The notes below the pieces were generated by a model. That model was given only the letters and a program-made list of their open reading frames with translations, ran no database searches and was not told the origin of the DNA. DNA of 64,000 bases from an uncultured delta proteobacterium (GTDB lineage: Bacteria > Desulfobacterota > Binatia > UBA9968). Positions 41,896 through 53,312 of the stretch are shown in pieces. A program made the translations under genes and the position numbers. The number at the start of each line of letters is the position of its first letter. The first letter of the stretch is position 1. Location: assembly GCA_963847445.1 (NCBI GenBank), contig CAWJZV010000041.1, positions 1 through 64,000 of the forward strand. The letters run 5' to 3'.

Positions 41896-44810
41896 TTATT
41901 TGACTTCTGGTTTGTCCGATTTGATCCGTTCCAAGCGGCGCACGAGCTCCGAGAAGGCGATACTTTGAGTGTGGCTGACGATATTTACCGTCGGCGGCAA
42001 CAAACTGCCCACCACCAGCAATTCTTTTCCGCCTTGGGATTCCACTCCATGCAAGGTTAGACGATCGTTTCTCAAAGTCGCTTTGAAGCCCAGCTTGCTG
42101 TAGCGAAAGCTGTCGAAAAGACTGGCGAGCCCGCCGTACAACGAGCCGGCTTCCTGGCCCGAGCTGAGCACGGTAATTTTATTCAACGCATCGACGCTGA
42201 TGCGCTGGTCGACGCCGCTGCGTTCCACCGAGTGCAGGTCGGCGCGCAATTGCGACGGCTGGCCGTCGGTGATGACGAGATCGTCGACGCTGCCCTCCAA
42301 GATGCCTGAGATCCGGCCGAATGCAAAGGTCTTGGACAGTTGTTCGAGCTCGATCGATTCCAGCTTGGCGCTCATTTTGATCGATGCCAGCGCGGAAAAC
42401 GGATTGTCGATCTCCAGTTTGCTCAGAACGGACGCGTCCGCCGAAAAGTTCAGCCTGGATCTCACCGCGGGTGCGCAGGGTGTTACCGGCAGACTCGACT
42501 TCGGGGATGGCGCCGTTCAGCTGGCCGCTAAAGCGCGGCCAATCGAAGGCCTCGGTCAAATCTTGCAGTTGCAGCCGCTTGGTGTCGGCCGAAAATGTCA
42601 CGGCTTTGGGATCGCGGATGATATCGGGCCACGAGACATTGCGTAACTCGACCTCGCCACCGAAGACTGCGATGCGCAAGGACTGATGCAGCCGCAGCGC
42701 GTTGTTTGCAAGCGCGACGGTGGTTGTCATCGGCGCCAGCTGCTGGTTGCCGAATCGAGCGCGCCCGATGGACAGCAAGCCCAGCGCGGGTGTGGCCGTG
42801 TTCTCGAACCGGCCGATCGCTGAGGCTGATTTGAAACGGTAGCTCGTAGATTGATGGCGGCGAGCTGCCAATCGTTCGATTTCGCGCCGATCTCGCCGTT
42901 CTTGAGCGCCAGGTTGCCGCTGGCGAGCGAGCTGTTCGAGGGGCGCCGTCGACCTGCAATTGCATCGCCATCTGGCCGCTCACTGCGAGCTTGTCGAGCA
43001 GCGGATATTGCCGGTGGAAAGTTTCACGCAAGAAAGAATTCGAAAAAACCCGCAGGCGACAGATTGTCGCTGCGCGCCTGCAGGCGGAGCTGCGGTGTGC
43101 CGGTTATTTGCTCGACGCTGCCGGTGAGATTCACCTGGCCCACGGTGGCGAGGGCGAGGTCGCAGCGGCGGCATTGCAGGCGGTCGTTGTCACGCGAGTA
43201 CTCGGCGTCGATTGTCAGCGCCGGTTTCTGAGATTTTGAGATCGCCGAAGAACTTTCCCCATAACAGTTCGCCGGCGGTGAGATTGAGGCTGGCAACCAT
43301 CGCCGTGGCTGTTGCTATCGGCTATGGGCGGTTACCTCGACGCTGCCGTTGACGGCCAAACCTTCGCCAACTTTGGCTGCTGTCCGCCGCGGCAAACTGC
43401 CCGCCGGTCAAATTGATCTGTGCAGTGATTAAGCCGGGCTTCTTTGAGTCGTAACTGATGGCGCCGATTTCGGCCTGCTCGACCGCGCTTTTGAGTTTGT
43501 CACTTCCTGCGAATGAAAACTTCTTGCCATCGACGCGGCCGTTTTGAATCGCCAGTTGGCCATTGGCCCAGCGAAACGGCGCTCTGAGCGAAAAACTTGC
43601 CAGGGCAAAATTCGCCGCACGCACTTGGGCGGCGTCGCTGCGCGCATTGCCGTCGATTTGCAGCGCGCGCCATGGACCGTGGAGTTTCATCTCCAGCTCG
43701 CCGTGGCCTTGATAGTTCCATTGATTGAACGGCGCCGGCATGAACTTTTTCACGCTCTCCCAGTCGAGATTGCGCGCCACGATATGGCCATCGTTGATGC
43801 TGCCGATCGGCGTGAACGCCAGATTGCCCGCGGCTTCGGCGTTGCCCAGTTGGGAGCGTAGCGTCAGCGACTTGATGGCGATGGATTTTTTCGGTGACGG
43901 AAAACTCGCCGTTGGCGTTTGCCGCCGCCGGCGCGTCGCTAATTTGCAGTGCCACCGGACTAATACTGTTGGGGAAGCCATTGAGGTCGAGCTGGCTGAT
44001 GAACGAGCCGGCGGCGAAAGTCTTGTCTAAGGCAGCGCTGGCTTTCAGCTGGCCGGACAGTTCTTTTGTCCCCAGTTTGAGTTGGTTAAATTGCAGATCG
44101 ACAGTCACATTCGGAGCTTTTCCCGCTGGTGCCTGCAGCGCAGCTTCGGCTTGTAGAATCGGCTTCGCCGCGGCATTACTCCGGCGAAACAGACCCTTGG
44201 GCGATTTCGCGTTGACCGTTGCGGTCAGCGCGACCTGGTTGGCCTGCCATTTGATCGCAAGATCGGCGATGCCGTTGAGCTGAGGTACATCGGCGCGCAG
44301 TACGATGCCGGTTTCACTTCCCAAATTGATGTTTTGCGCGTCGAGATCGATCGCTGGGATTTCGATTGGGTTGCCATCTTCGGTCTTGATCACCGCGCGT
44401 CCGTTGGTCACGCGCAAGTTACGCAGAGCCACCGTCGTTTCGCTTTTCGTTTTCGACTTGAGCAGTTCGGCCAAATCGATTTGCAATACCGGCTCCTCCA
44501 CGTGAATCCGCTGGATGGTTTTCGCAAAGAATATCCAGCGGCGTGACGGTGGCGGTTAATTTGGTGGCGGTTAAAATTCGTATTACCGTCCTTCGCGGCG
44601 GTGACGCCGCTGGCAACCAGGCGGAGCGGTAGTGATAAGCTCAGCTTGTCGGCGTGAACGGCGTAACCTGTTCTCGCTGAAATTTCGTTCTCGAGCCAGC
44701 GGTGAAAGCTGTCGGACTGCACCCAAAAATAGAGACCGCGCTAGGCCGCTAACGACGGCAGCCGAGAAATACAAAAGTGCTTTGACAATGCTGCGGGCTG
44801 GGCTTGCCAT
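41896..44810 (-). CDS. YdbH/AsmA-like large periplasmic bridge protein, multiply frameshifted
   Basis: N-terminal TM anchor, beta-rich body, LEQLSKTFAFGRISG, FRYSKLG; adjacent to the YdbL-like gene. Confidence 0.7.
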
Positions 44811-45203
44811 GTTTAATTGCTAAGTTTTTGACGCGCCTGCCTTTTCTATCCTCTAAGTCTCAGTTCGCTCGCAAGTTAGCATCAGGTTGCGGCTTAGATT
44901 GAGCATCGGCGCTTTATTGTTCACGACGGAATTGTGTTTTGCAATTTGACAGGAGCTTTTTCTCTGACCTATAAGCGAACGAGCTCTGGGGATGGGGTTT
45001 TGACATGCGCTCGGTTGCTAATTGTCGCGCCGCAGCGGAGCGACGAAAGGAGGAATGCGAGTCATTGACCACCGGGGCTAAAGTCCGTCGCCAGGAAAAG
45101 AACAACTAGGGGGTTGCATTTCAACTGCGGGCTAATGGTTGAATGAGATTCCGATTGACAATGTGGAGGAATCGAAGTGGTTCAATTTTTAGAGGAGGCT
45201 ATC

Positions 45204-45612
45204 ATGATTCAAGAATTCAAAGAGTTCATTCAAAGAGGTAACGTCGTCGACCTTGCCGTCGCGGTGGTCATCGGCGGCGCTTTCGGCAAGATCGTCGCTT
45301 CGTTCGTCGAGGATGTGCTGATGCCGCCCATCGGTTTGGCGCTCGGCGGCGTCGATTTCTCCAATTTGTTTATCAATTTGTCAGGAAAAGAATTCGCTAG
45401 TATTGCGGCGGCCAAGGCGGCCGGTGCGCCAACCCTGAACTATGGGTTGTTTTTTAATCACATGATCAATTTCCTGATCGTTGCCTTCGCAGTATTCCTG
45501 GTGGTCAAGGCGATCAATCGGTTGCAAAAGCCGGCAGCGCCACCGCCTCCGCCAGGTCCGACCAGAGGATCAGGTGTTGTTGACGGAAATCCGCGACCTG
45601 TTGAAGAAGTAA
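45204..45612 (+). CDS. mscL: Large-conductance mechanosensitive channel, indel near the C-terminus
   Basis: [33 protein letters not shown], shifted end [11 protein letters not shown]. Confidence 0.93.
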
Positions 45613-45638
45613 ATTCTGGGCCGGAAGTTTCGCTAGGT

Positions 45639-45683
45639 AACCGGCACGGCGCGCGCGATTTCCGACGCGCGCCGTGCCGGTTG
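45639..45683. terminator. Hairpin downstream of mscL
   Basis: AACCGGCACGGCGCGCG/CGCGCGCCGTGCCGGTT inverted repeat. Confidence 0.55.
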
Positions 45684-46286
45684 CGGCAATTCATTATGGA
45701 TAAATGTCATCGACTGACGTTTAGAGTTTCTTTCGCGGCGGTTGTCGGGTTTGCGCTTTGCAGTGGTAGTTCACTGCGCGCCGATGAAGCGGCCAACACC
45801 AAAGAAATTCAGCTCGCGGCTAGCTCTGCCCTCCGCCGCGCGAGCCGATTGGCACCAATGGGATTCCTCGGCACCGGCGACAAATTGCAACCAGCCTGCG
45901 ATCACGTTTTACTTAATGCGACTTTTGTCATAGCCAGTGCTTACCTTTTTCGAGTTTATTGCCGAACCGCAGCCAGACTCACGGGTATGGCTGAAAATTT
46001 TATTTAAGGATTGAGTCGATTTTTTACCCGGCAGTTATTTGGCGCCCATGCCCAATCGATCATGCCATGAGGCCTGTTTGATCGATCGCGGCGGACAGTA
46101 ACTTCTGCGTAATCGCAACGCTTAACTCGGATTCGGCGTCCATCGCGCGAGCTCCCAATTTGCTGCCCTAGTATGCCGGAGCGAGATCCCTGCGCGACGC
46201 CGCGGCGCCAACAGCAAACCTTCCGGACAAGATTTGGAAGTAAACGATAGCCCAAGCACGGCGTTTAAAAGAATTCGGGTTTTTTC

Positions 46287-46315
46287 TTGACAAACTAAGA
46301 CCCGTATACTAATTT
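46287..46315 (+). promoter_or_regulatory. Sigma70-like promoter
   Basis: TTGACA-17 bp-TAATTT upstream of the OmpA-family gene. Confidence 0.55.
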
Positions 46316-46351
46316 GGCCAAAATTTCGTATTTTTCGCATGGGAGGCAGAG

Positions 46352-47090
46352 ATGACGAATTCAAACAAATATCTAGCGTTAACCGCGCTAGGTTTCTTCA
46401 TGACCGGTTGTACCGGGTTAACGAAGAATCAAGCGGCATTAGTGGGTGCTTCGGTCTGCGGTGTGGGCGGCGCGGCGCTGGCGCTGTACCGCGCATCAGG
46501 GCGTCGGTGGAAAGCATCGAATCGAAGCGGTCGGCGCGGCGATCGGCTTGGTTAGCGGCGCGCTGATTTGCGGCGGTCTCGCGTATTTAATGACCGAGGA
46601 TCCGAAGCCGGCACCGAAGCCAGCTCCACCACCGCCACCTCCGCCACCTCCTCCGCCGCCAAAACCGGAGGCGAAACCAGAAGCGAAACCAGCGCCGAAA
46701 CCGGAAGCAAAACCGGAAGCAAAACCGGCGCCGAAGCCGGCGCCAAAGGTTGAGCGGACGATCATCCTCGATGACGTGCTCTTCGACTTCGATAAGAGCA
46801 ATGTGAAGCCGGAAGCGGCGGCGATCTTGGATCGTTTGGTTGCTTTCATGAAAGAGAACGCCGACAAGAAGGCCAACCTTTCCGGTCATACCGATAACGT
46901 CGGGACTGATGCCTATAACCAGGCGCTTTCCGAGCGGCGTACCGCCTCGGTCAAGGACTATGTCGTCGGCAAGGGTGTCGATGGCGGGCGGGTTTCCGGA
47001 CAGGGCTTTGGCGAGAGCAAGCCGATCGCGGATAACAAGACCGCGGAAGGTCGCTCCAAGAACCGTCGAGTTGAGATCAAAGTCAACTAA
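46352..47090 (+). CDS. OmpA/Pal-like C-terminal domain lipoprotein with glycine zipper and Pro-rich linker, frameshifted
   Basis: MTGC lipobox; FDFDKS, GHTD, N..LSERR, G.GES.P, GRSKNRRVEI. Confidence 0.88.
46605..46747 (+). repeat. Coding 12-bp tandem repeats (KPEA/KPAP) and poly-Pro
   Basis: KPAPKPAPPPPPPPPPPPPKPEAKPEAKPAPKPEAKPEAKPAPKPAPK. Confidence 0.7.
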
Positions 47091-47113
47091 AGTTCTCTAA
47101 CGCGATATTCACT

Positions 47114-47497
47114 ATGCGGATGCCAGGAAAGACATTGATTGCTCTCTTCCTGGCATCCGCATTTTTGTTTCCAGTCTCAGCCGATGCCCAGGTTTTTAGC
47201 TTCAAAGAGATCGAAGCCAAGGTGCGCGAGTTTCGCACTCTGCTAGATCAAGCGGGCTCCAACGGCACCCGTTTCTGGACCAGACTCGATAGCAGCAAGC
47301 GACCGCATAAGCTTTATGTCGGCGACGGATTCATCAATGCCGATGACGAGGCTAAGGAAAACTTCATTGAACTCTTTTCCCGGTTTCTTGCCGGCCATCC
47401 GGAAAAAAACATGCTCATCGATATCTACGATGCGAGCACAAGTAATCTCATCGGTGAGTATGGTTTCGGTGGGTTTCGCCTCTTTCCGCCAAAGTAG
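47114..47497 (+). CDS. Exported hypothetical protein
   Basis: Signal peptide (ADA|Q), intact 127-aa ORF. Confidence 0.6.
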   Translation: MRMPGKTLIALFLASAFLFPVSADAQVFSFKEIEAKVREFRTLLDQAGSNGTRFWTRLDSSKRPHKLYVGDGFINADDEAKENFIELFSRFLAGHPEKNMLIDIYDASTSNLIGEYGFGGFRLFPPK

Positions 47498-47620
47498 ATG
47501 TTTCGCCAGCGCTTTCTGAGCTGGCGCATTCTTCATTCTCTCATCACTCTAGTTTCTGGATCATCCTCTAGATTGGCAACTGGTTTTGCCCGGTCTATTT
47601 CAATAGCTTGTAGGCAACGC

Positions 47621-48950
47621 ATGGAACGGTCAGTCGAGCAGCTGCGCTTGGACGCCGCGACTATTTTCAACGTCGCTGTGAAGGCTGGTGACGCGGCAAA
47701 TGCCGTCAAGCGCCATGTGCACATGAGTGGGACAGCGATCGAAGTCGCGGCTAGAAGTTATCCCTTCGTGGAGTTCGGTAGAGTTTTTATCGTCGGTGCT
47801 GGCAAAGCTGCGATGCCGATGGCGCAGGCTATGGAGACGTTGCTCGGCGAGCGGCTCACCGGCGGCATCGTCGTGACCCCATATGGCCAAGCCCAGATAT
47901 TACAGAAAGTTCGTGTCATCGAAGCGGCTCATCCGATTCCTGACCATGCGGGCTTGACAGGCGCGCGCCTGATTGCCGGCATCGCTCGGCAGGCGACTGT
48001 AGATGATTTAATTTTTATCCTGCTATCCGGCGGCGGTTCAGCGCTGTTGCCCTATCCGATTGACGGGTTGACGTTGGCGGATAAGCAAACCGTCACGCAG
48101 TTGCTCTTGCAGAGCGGCGCAACCATTCAAGAAATCAATGCCCTGCGGCGACATCTGTCGCAGCTCAAGGGCGGGAAGCTCGCCCGAATGGCCGATCCCG
48201 CCCAGGTGGTCACGCTGATCTTGTCCGATGTCATCGGCGATCGGCTTGAAGATATCGCATCGGGACCGACGGCGCCGGACCCGAGCCGATACGCCGACTG
48301 TCTGGAGATCATGCGAAAGTATCGGCTGCAAGAGTCTATTGCGCCTCGCAGCACGGTCAATTCTTGAGCGCGGCAGCCAGGGTGAGATTGCTGAAACGGT
48401 CAAACCTAACGATCCAGTTTTCACTAGAGTGCACAATCTAATTATCGGCAGCAACCGGCTCGCGACCGAAGCGGCGCGATCCTACGCGGAAAGCTTGGGT
48501 TATCGCGCGACGATTCTGTCAAACGCCGTCCAAGGCGAAAGCCGCGAGGTTGCCAAGCGACAGGCCGCAACGATCAAGGAAGCTTTGGCCAAGCCGATGC
48601 CCGAACCCACGTGCTTCATATCCGGCGGTGAGACCACTGTTACAGTGCGCGGTGACGGCCTGGGCGGGCGCAATCAAGAGTTTGCGCTTGCCGCGGCTCT
48701 CGAGATCGCCGGTACCGCAGGGGTGGTTGTGCTCAGCGCCGGAACCGATGGTATCGATGGGCCGACGGCCGCCGCCGGTGCGATCATCGACGGCACGACG
48801 GTCGCGCGCGGGCGTTCGAAAGGTTGCGACGCGGCGGAATTTTTAGCGCGCAACGACAGCTATAGTTTTTTGAGCGCGACTGGCGATTTACTGATCACCG
48901 GGCCAACTCACACCAACGTTATGGATATCCAGGTGATGTTGGCGGGATAA
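47621..48950 (+). CDS. Glycerate 2-kinase (MOFRL/TtuD family), one indel
   Basis: GAGKAA, HPIPD, SGGGSAL, KGGKL, SDVIGD, SGGETTV, GGRNQE, TDGIDG, TGPTHTNVMD. Confidence 0.92.
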
Positions 48951-49175
48951 TCTTGGATGTAACGATGAGTAATTCGATCGATGCCACAGGTCACAGTCAC
49001 GGCCCCGGTCCTAGGGCCAGAATTCACTGGTAAAACGCTCTCTGCAGGGGGCTCGGGCCGGGCGCCGCGGTGGGAAATTTTTCGCCAATTGACTATTGAT
49101 TTGGAAATTCGTTCATGGTTAGAGTGCCATTTTTCGCAGCCCCTGGCCTTGGAAAACTGTTTTGGGAGTAGGACG

Positions 49176-49388
49176 ATGATTGACGTGAGCTTGAAGGGAG
49201 TGCGCTGCCGCGCCGCGCAGGAGATCCTCGATATCGAAGGTACGGTCAGTGCCTCGACCGAAGGCACGATTATTTATGAGTTAGAAGGCGAGGGCGGACA
49301 ACTGGTAAACGTGCATTGGGACGATGGCAGTCGCTCGCTGGTGTCATCGGAAGAAATCGTCATCACCGATCTGGTTACCTGGCAATAG
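49176..49388 (+). CDS. Small hypothetical protein (SH3-like barrel?)
   Basis: GGAGTAGG RBS; EGTIIYE...LVNVHWDDG. Confidence 0.55.
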   Translation: MIDVSLKGVRCRAAQEILDIEGTVSASTEGTIIYELEGEGGQLVNVHWDDGSRSLVSSEEIVITDLVTWQ

Positions 49389-49573
49389 CATTGCGCTTAT
49401 TTGCAGTCTAGCCGCGGCCGGCGAGATCTCAATTCGACTGACGATTCATTTTCTGCGGTAACGCCACCTTAGTGCTGAAGAGCAATCCTATCCAACGCGA
49501 CTCACTCTAGATTTTCTTCAAGTAAACGCGCAGGACTGCACTGACTTGGCGGAGATTACACGCCGGCAATTTG

Positions 49574-50563
49574 TTAGATTGATTTACTAGATTTTTGCGA
49601 TAGGCCGAGATCGGCAAGATCCGACGCGGTGACGCGAACCTCGCAAGCGGGCAAGCGAGACATATGGAAACGGCCAACCAGCTCCTCGGCATGGACTCGT
49701 GACGGTGCATCAATGCCTGCGCTCCGCGCAACCCATGCGACGATTTGCCGCGGATCGGTGCCGGCGGCGCGCAGGCGGGCGAGCGAAACGTCGTCGCTGC
49801 GCTTGGCCAGGCGGCGTCCCAAAGTGTCGGTGACGAGCGGCACATGCCACCATCGTGGATGTTGGTAGCCTAGCGCTTCCTGCAATAACCATTGGCGGGC
49901 GCAGCTTGCGAGCAGGTCGGCGCCACGAACGATCTCGGTGACGCCTTGGCGCGCGTCGTCGACCACCACTGCGAGTTGGTACGCCGGCAGGCCGAGGCGA
50001 CGGAGAACCGGAAAGTCGCCGATCTCTTTGCTCACGTCGAACTCATGCACACCCTGAATGCCGTCTGCGATACGCACGAGCAGATTCGGCACGGCTAAGC
50101 GCAAGGCGGCGGGCCGGCCGGATTCCTGCTCGGCCGCGGCCAGACTTCGGTACCGGCCGCGACAAGTACCCGGATAAATCGCCTCGAACTGTTCACCGTG
50201 GGGGGCCGACATGGCCGCTTGGATCTCGCTACGGCTGCAGGTGCATGGGTAGGCGAGGCCGTGATCGATGAGTGCTCCGGCTGCGGCATTGATTGCGTCG
50301 ACACCGCTCGACTGCACATAGGGTTCGCCGTCCCAGTCGAGGCCGAGCCAGCGCAGATCCTCGATCGTGGCTTCGAGCATACCCGGCTTGACGCGCTCAA
50401 TGTCGAGATCCTCCAAGCGCAAGACGATACGGCTGCCGCGCGAACGCGCATGCCACCAAGCAAGCAGGAACGAACGCGCGTGCCCCAGGTGCAGGTGGCC
50501 GGTGGGACTCGGCGCTAGCCGGCCGACGATCTGGGTGTTTACAATATTGCGGGGAACGTCCAT
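49574..50563 (-). CDS. gluQ: Glutamyl-Q tRNA(Asp) synthetase
   Basis: RLAPSPTG.LHLG, LRLEDLD, YPCTCSR, AYQLAVVVDD, RGADLL, RLAKR; no anticodon domain. Confidence 0.9.
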   Translation of the reverse strand: MDVPRNIVNTQIVGRLAPSPTGHLHLGHARSFLLAWWHARSRGSRIVLRLEDLDIERVKPGMLEATIEDLRWLGLDWDGEPYVQSSGVDAINAAAGALIDHGLAYPCTCSRSEIQAAMSAPHGEQFEAIYPGTCRGRYRSLAAAEQESGRPAALRLAVPNLLVRIADGIQGVHEFDVSKEIGDFPVLRRLGLPAYQLAVVVDDARQGVTEIVRGADLLASCARQWLLQEALGYQHPRWWHVPLVTDTLGRRLAKRSDDVSLARLRAAGTDPRQIVAWVARSAGIDAPSRVHAEELVGRFHMSRLPACEVRVTASDLADLGLSQKSSKSI

Positions 50564-50822
50564 TCGAATTAAAAAAGGTCAGTTGACGGTCAAAATACCA
50601 ACTGTTGGAGAAGCGAAAGTGCTTGAGGCAAATCTGACAGACTTGACAAAGTCCTCGTACTCCGAAGATTTGCCGTGAGCGGCCGTGATAAACGGCGACT
50701 TGCCAGACCGATTTGGCATTGGACGGAGCCGCTGTTGGAGGTTAAGTCTGCCAGACGCGAAGTCGCTGAGCCGTTTAAGACTTAACGGTTTGGCACACGC
50801 TGCGGTGAGATCGGCTGTTTAA

Positions 50823-51281
50823 CTAAAAGGTATCGTCTTCGGCGTCGGTGGCGTCGAGCCGACGGTAGCTGCGCTCGTTCTCCAGGGTCTTTTGCCGCTT
50901 GCTTTCCTTCTCGTTCTCTTCCTGGCACCGGACACAGAGGCGGGTGAAGGGCAGGACTTTGAGCCGCCCCAACTGGATTTCCCCCTCGCAGCTCTCGCAT
51001 AATCCATAGGTCTTTTCGGAGATACGCTGCAAGGCTTCATCGATAGCGTGGAGCTTTTCGCGCTCGCGGTCGTTCAAGATGAAATTGATTTCCCGGTCGC
51101 GTTCGTCGCTGGCGAGATCGTAGGTGTCGCGTCCTTCATCCTTGGAACCTTCGGTCTCGCCTTTGACGCGCCCCCGCATTTCCTTCATCAAGGAGCGCTT
51201 CATCTCCTGGAGCATGTCGGAGGCCTGCTTCAAAAACTCTCTTCGCTGTTTTTTTTCTTTGTCTGCGTCGGCTTTAGCCAT
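50823..51281 (-). CDS. dksA: DksA/TraR C4 zinc finger transcription factor
   Basis: DTYDLA (DxxDxA) coiled-coil tip, YGLCESC...RL..LP..RLCVRC. Confidence 0.8.
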   Translation of the reverse strand: MAKADADKEKKQRREFLKQASDMLQEMKRSLMKEMRGRVKGETEGSKDEGRDTYDLASDERDREINFILNDREREKLHAIDEALQRISEKTYGLCESCEGEIQLGRLKVLPFTRLCVRCQEENEKESKRQKTLENERSYRRLDATDAEDDTF

Positions 51282-52629
51282 GGAGTATCTCACCTATCAG
51301 GTCATAATCGGCTGCGCCAGTGATTCTTACATCCAGCATATCGCCAGCGTTGGCCGGAGTGGCCGGCTTTGATTCGAAGCCTTCGATATAAACAACACCG
51401 TCGACCTCCGGCGCATGGGCCTCGGTTCGACCGGTGAGCTGGCCCGAGTCTGGATCAACGTCGTCGATCATAACTCTCTGTATAGTGCCAATCAAGTCCT
51501 GATTCTTTTTCCGCGAAACCGCGGCTTGGATATCCATCACTTCCTGCCAGCGGTCTTCCTTTTCCTCTTCGCTGACCTTGCCGTCGAGCCTGGCGGCGCT
51601 CGTGCCCTCCTCCTCAGAGTACTTGAATACCCCCAGCCGATCGAATTTAGCGGCTTCGACAAAATCCAGGAGCTCGGCGAAGTCCTCATCGGTTTCGCCG
51701 GGAAAGCCGACAATCATCGAAGTCCGCAGTGTCAATCCGGGAATCGCTTGACGCAGTTTCTCAACGGCTTGGCGCACCGCGCTGCCGCTTTTGCCGCGCC
51801 GCATACGTTGCAGCAGTCGCGGGCTGATATGCTGAAAGGGGATATCGACATATTTGCAGATCTTGCCGGCGTTGGCGATCAGATCGAGCAGTTCTGTATC
51901 GAGAAAGTTGGGATACGAATAGAGCAGGCGGATCCACTCGATGTCATCAACCTGGGCCATCTCGCGCAACAGGCGGTAAAGCGTCGTACCGTCTTTGCGG
52001 TCCCGTCCAAAAGCGGTCAGATCTTGGGCGATCAGGTTGATTTCCTTAACTCCAGCTTGGGCGAGCTGTTGGGTCTCGGTAACCACCGACTCGATGCTGC
52101 GGCTGCGGTGCGGACCGCGCAGCTGTGGGATGATGCAAAAAGCACATTTGTGATCGCACCCTTCGGAGACTTTCACAAACGCCGTATGGGACGGCGTCGA
52201 CCGGGTTCGCGGCGTGGCATGGTCGTAGATGTAACTCGGCAAGCCGACATATTGGCGCCGCCGGGTCGCTTCATGCTCGCGCAAAATCTCAGCGATGCGC
52301 GGCACCTCTCCGGTGCCGATGAATAGATCGACCTCCGCCAGTTCCGCCGCCAGTTCGGTGGGATAGCGCTGCGAAAGACAGCCCGCGACCACCAGCTTTT
52401 TTAGCTTGCCGGATTCCTTGAGTCGGCCGATCTCGACAATGGTATCGATGGACTCTTCCTTGGCGGCGCCGATAAAGCCGCAGGTGTTAACCATGACGAT
52501 ATCGGCATCGCTAGGCTCTGCGACGATCTCGTAGTTGTTTTTCTCCAGCAGTCCGGCCATGACCTCGGAGTCGACCAAATTACGAGCGCAACCGAGGCTG
52601 ACGATGCTGAATTTTTGTTTGGTCGTCAT
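51274..52629 (-). CDS. rimO: Ribosomal protein S12 methylthiotransferase
   Basis: SLGCARNLVDSE, NTCGFI..AKEES, EGCDHKCAFCIIP, APEVDG. Confidence 0.95.
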   Translation of the reverse strand: MTTKQKFSIVSLGCARNLVDSEVMAGLLEKNNYEIVAEPSDADIVMVNTCGFIGAAKEESIDTIVEIGRLKESGKLKKLVVAGCLSQRYPTELAAELAEVDLFIGTGEVPRIAEILREHEATRRRQYVGLPSYIYDHATPRTRSTPSHTAFVKVSEGCDHKCAFCIIPQLRGPHRSRSIESVVTETQQLAQAGVKEINLIAQDLTAFGRDRKDGTTLYRLLREMAQVDDIEWIRLLYSYPNFLDTELLDLIANAGKICKYVDIPFQHISPRLLQRMRRGKSGSAVRQAVEKLRQAIPGLTLRTSMIVGFPGETDEDFAELLDFVEAAKFDRLGVFKYSEEEGTSAARLDGKVSEEEKEDRWQEVMDIQAAVSRKKNQDLIGTIQRVMIDDVDPDSGQLTGRTEAHAPEVDGVVYIEGFESKPATPANAGDMLDVRITGAADYDLIGEILHG

Positions 52630-53312
52630 TGGCCTAGTTCGACGACATCGGCGCCGTTGGGGATCTGCACCTGAAACAGGGAATCTTTGATGCCGACGCC
52701 CTTGCGCATGGCGGAAAAGCGCAATGTGGTCAGATTGCTGGCGGCATCGCGCACGCTGACCCAGAGGATATCAGAGGTCGCCTTGCTGGCACCGATGAGA
52801 ATCTCGTTATGGCCGCCGGCCTCGCCCTTGGGTTCTAGTCTTAGGACATTTTGGCTTTCGTCGCTGGCTTTGAGGGTGGCGTTAAAATCTTTCTTGAGAT
52901 TGCCGAGGCCCAACAAAAACGACAGCGGAATATCGCCGCGAAAGGCGTTTTTGAGCGGGCTCTTGATCACTTGATTCTGTTCGGGCTGGTAGAAAAACAG
53001 ATGCTTGCCGTCGGCCAGCACGAACTGTCCCTTGGGCGTGTCGTAGTTCCAGAGCATTTTGCCGGGGCGCTTGAACGAGAGCTTGCCCGAAGCCTTGAGA
53101 CTCCGACCGAGAGTCTTGACTTCGGTTTCTTGGCGAAAGTCGGCGACGAAGTCGACGGTGGCATCGTAGGTTCGCTGCAGCGCGTCGATAATCGGTTCGG
53201 CGCTGTTGGTCTCCGCGGCGCGGCTGGACTGAAGATTTACCGTAGAAACGAAGCCCGAGCCGAGCAGGATCGCCCAAAGGATTTGCCTAGTCTTCTTCGA
53301 TCTTTTGCGCAT
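52626..53312 (-). CDS. lolA: Outer-membrane lipoprotein carrier protein
   Basis: ADFRQ, KRPGKMLWNY..P, DGK; ftsK-lolA synteny. Confidence 0.9.
   Translation of the reverse strand: MRKRSKKTRQILWAILLGSGFVSTVNLQSSRAAETNSAEPIIDALQRTYDATVDFVADFRQETEVKTLGRSLKASGKLSFKRPGKMLWNYDTPKGQFVLADGKHLFFYQPEQNQVIKSPLKNAFRGDIPLSFLLGLGNLKKDFNATLKASDESQNVLRLEPKGEAGGHNEILIGASKATSDILWVSVRDAASNLTTLRFSAMRKGVGIKDSLFQVQIPNGADVVELGQ

Noticed and set aside
41301-44810. Novel envelope-spanning system
   Set aside because: Matches the known YdbH-YnbE-YdbL arrangement.
44945-45130. Riboswitch upstream of mscL (fluoride or c-di-GMP-like fragments)
   Set aside because: GGGGATGGGGTT and GGGGCTAAAG only partly resemble the consensus, and the required paired elements are missing. 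An Rfam scan would settle it.
45177-46007. 276-aa MscL fusion protein
   Set aside because: An indel near 45565 bypasses the normal [11 protein letters not shown] stop, and the extension reads through a hairpin.
51415-52326. Long antisense ORFs (also 5661-6494, 19658-20521, 34652-35551)
   Set aside because: Shadow frames of well-supported genes in GC-rich DNA.
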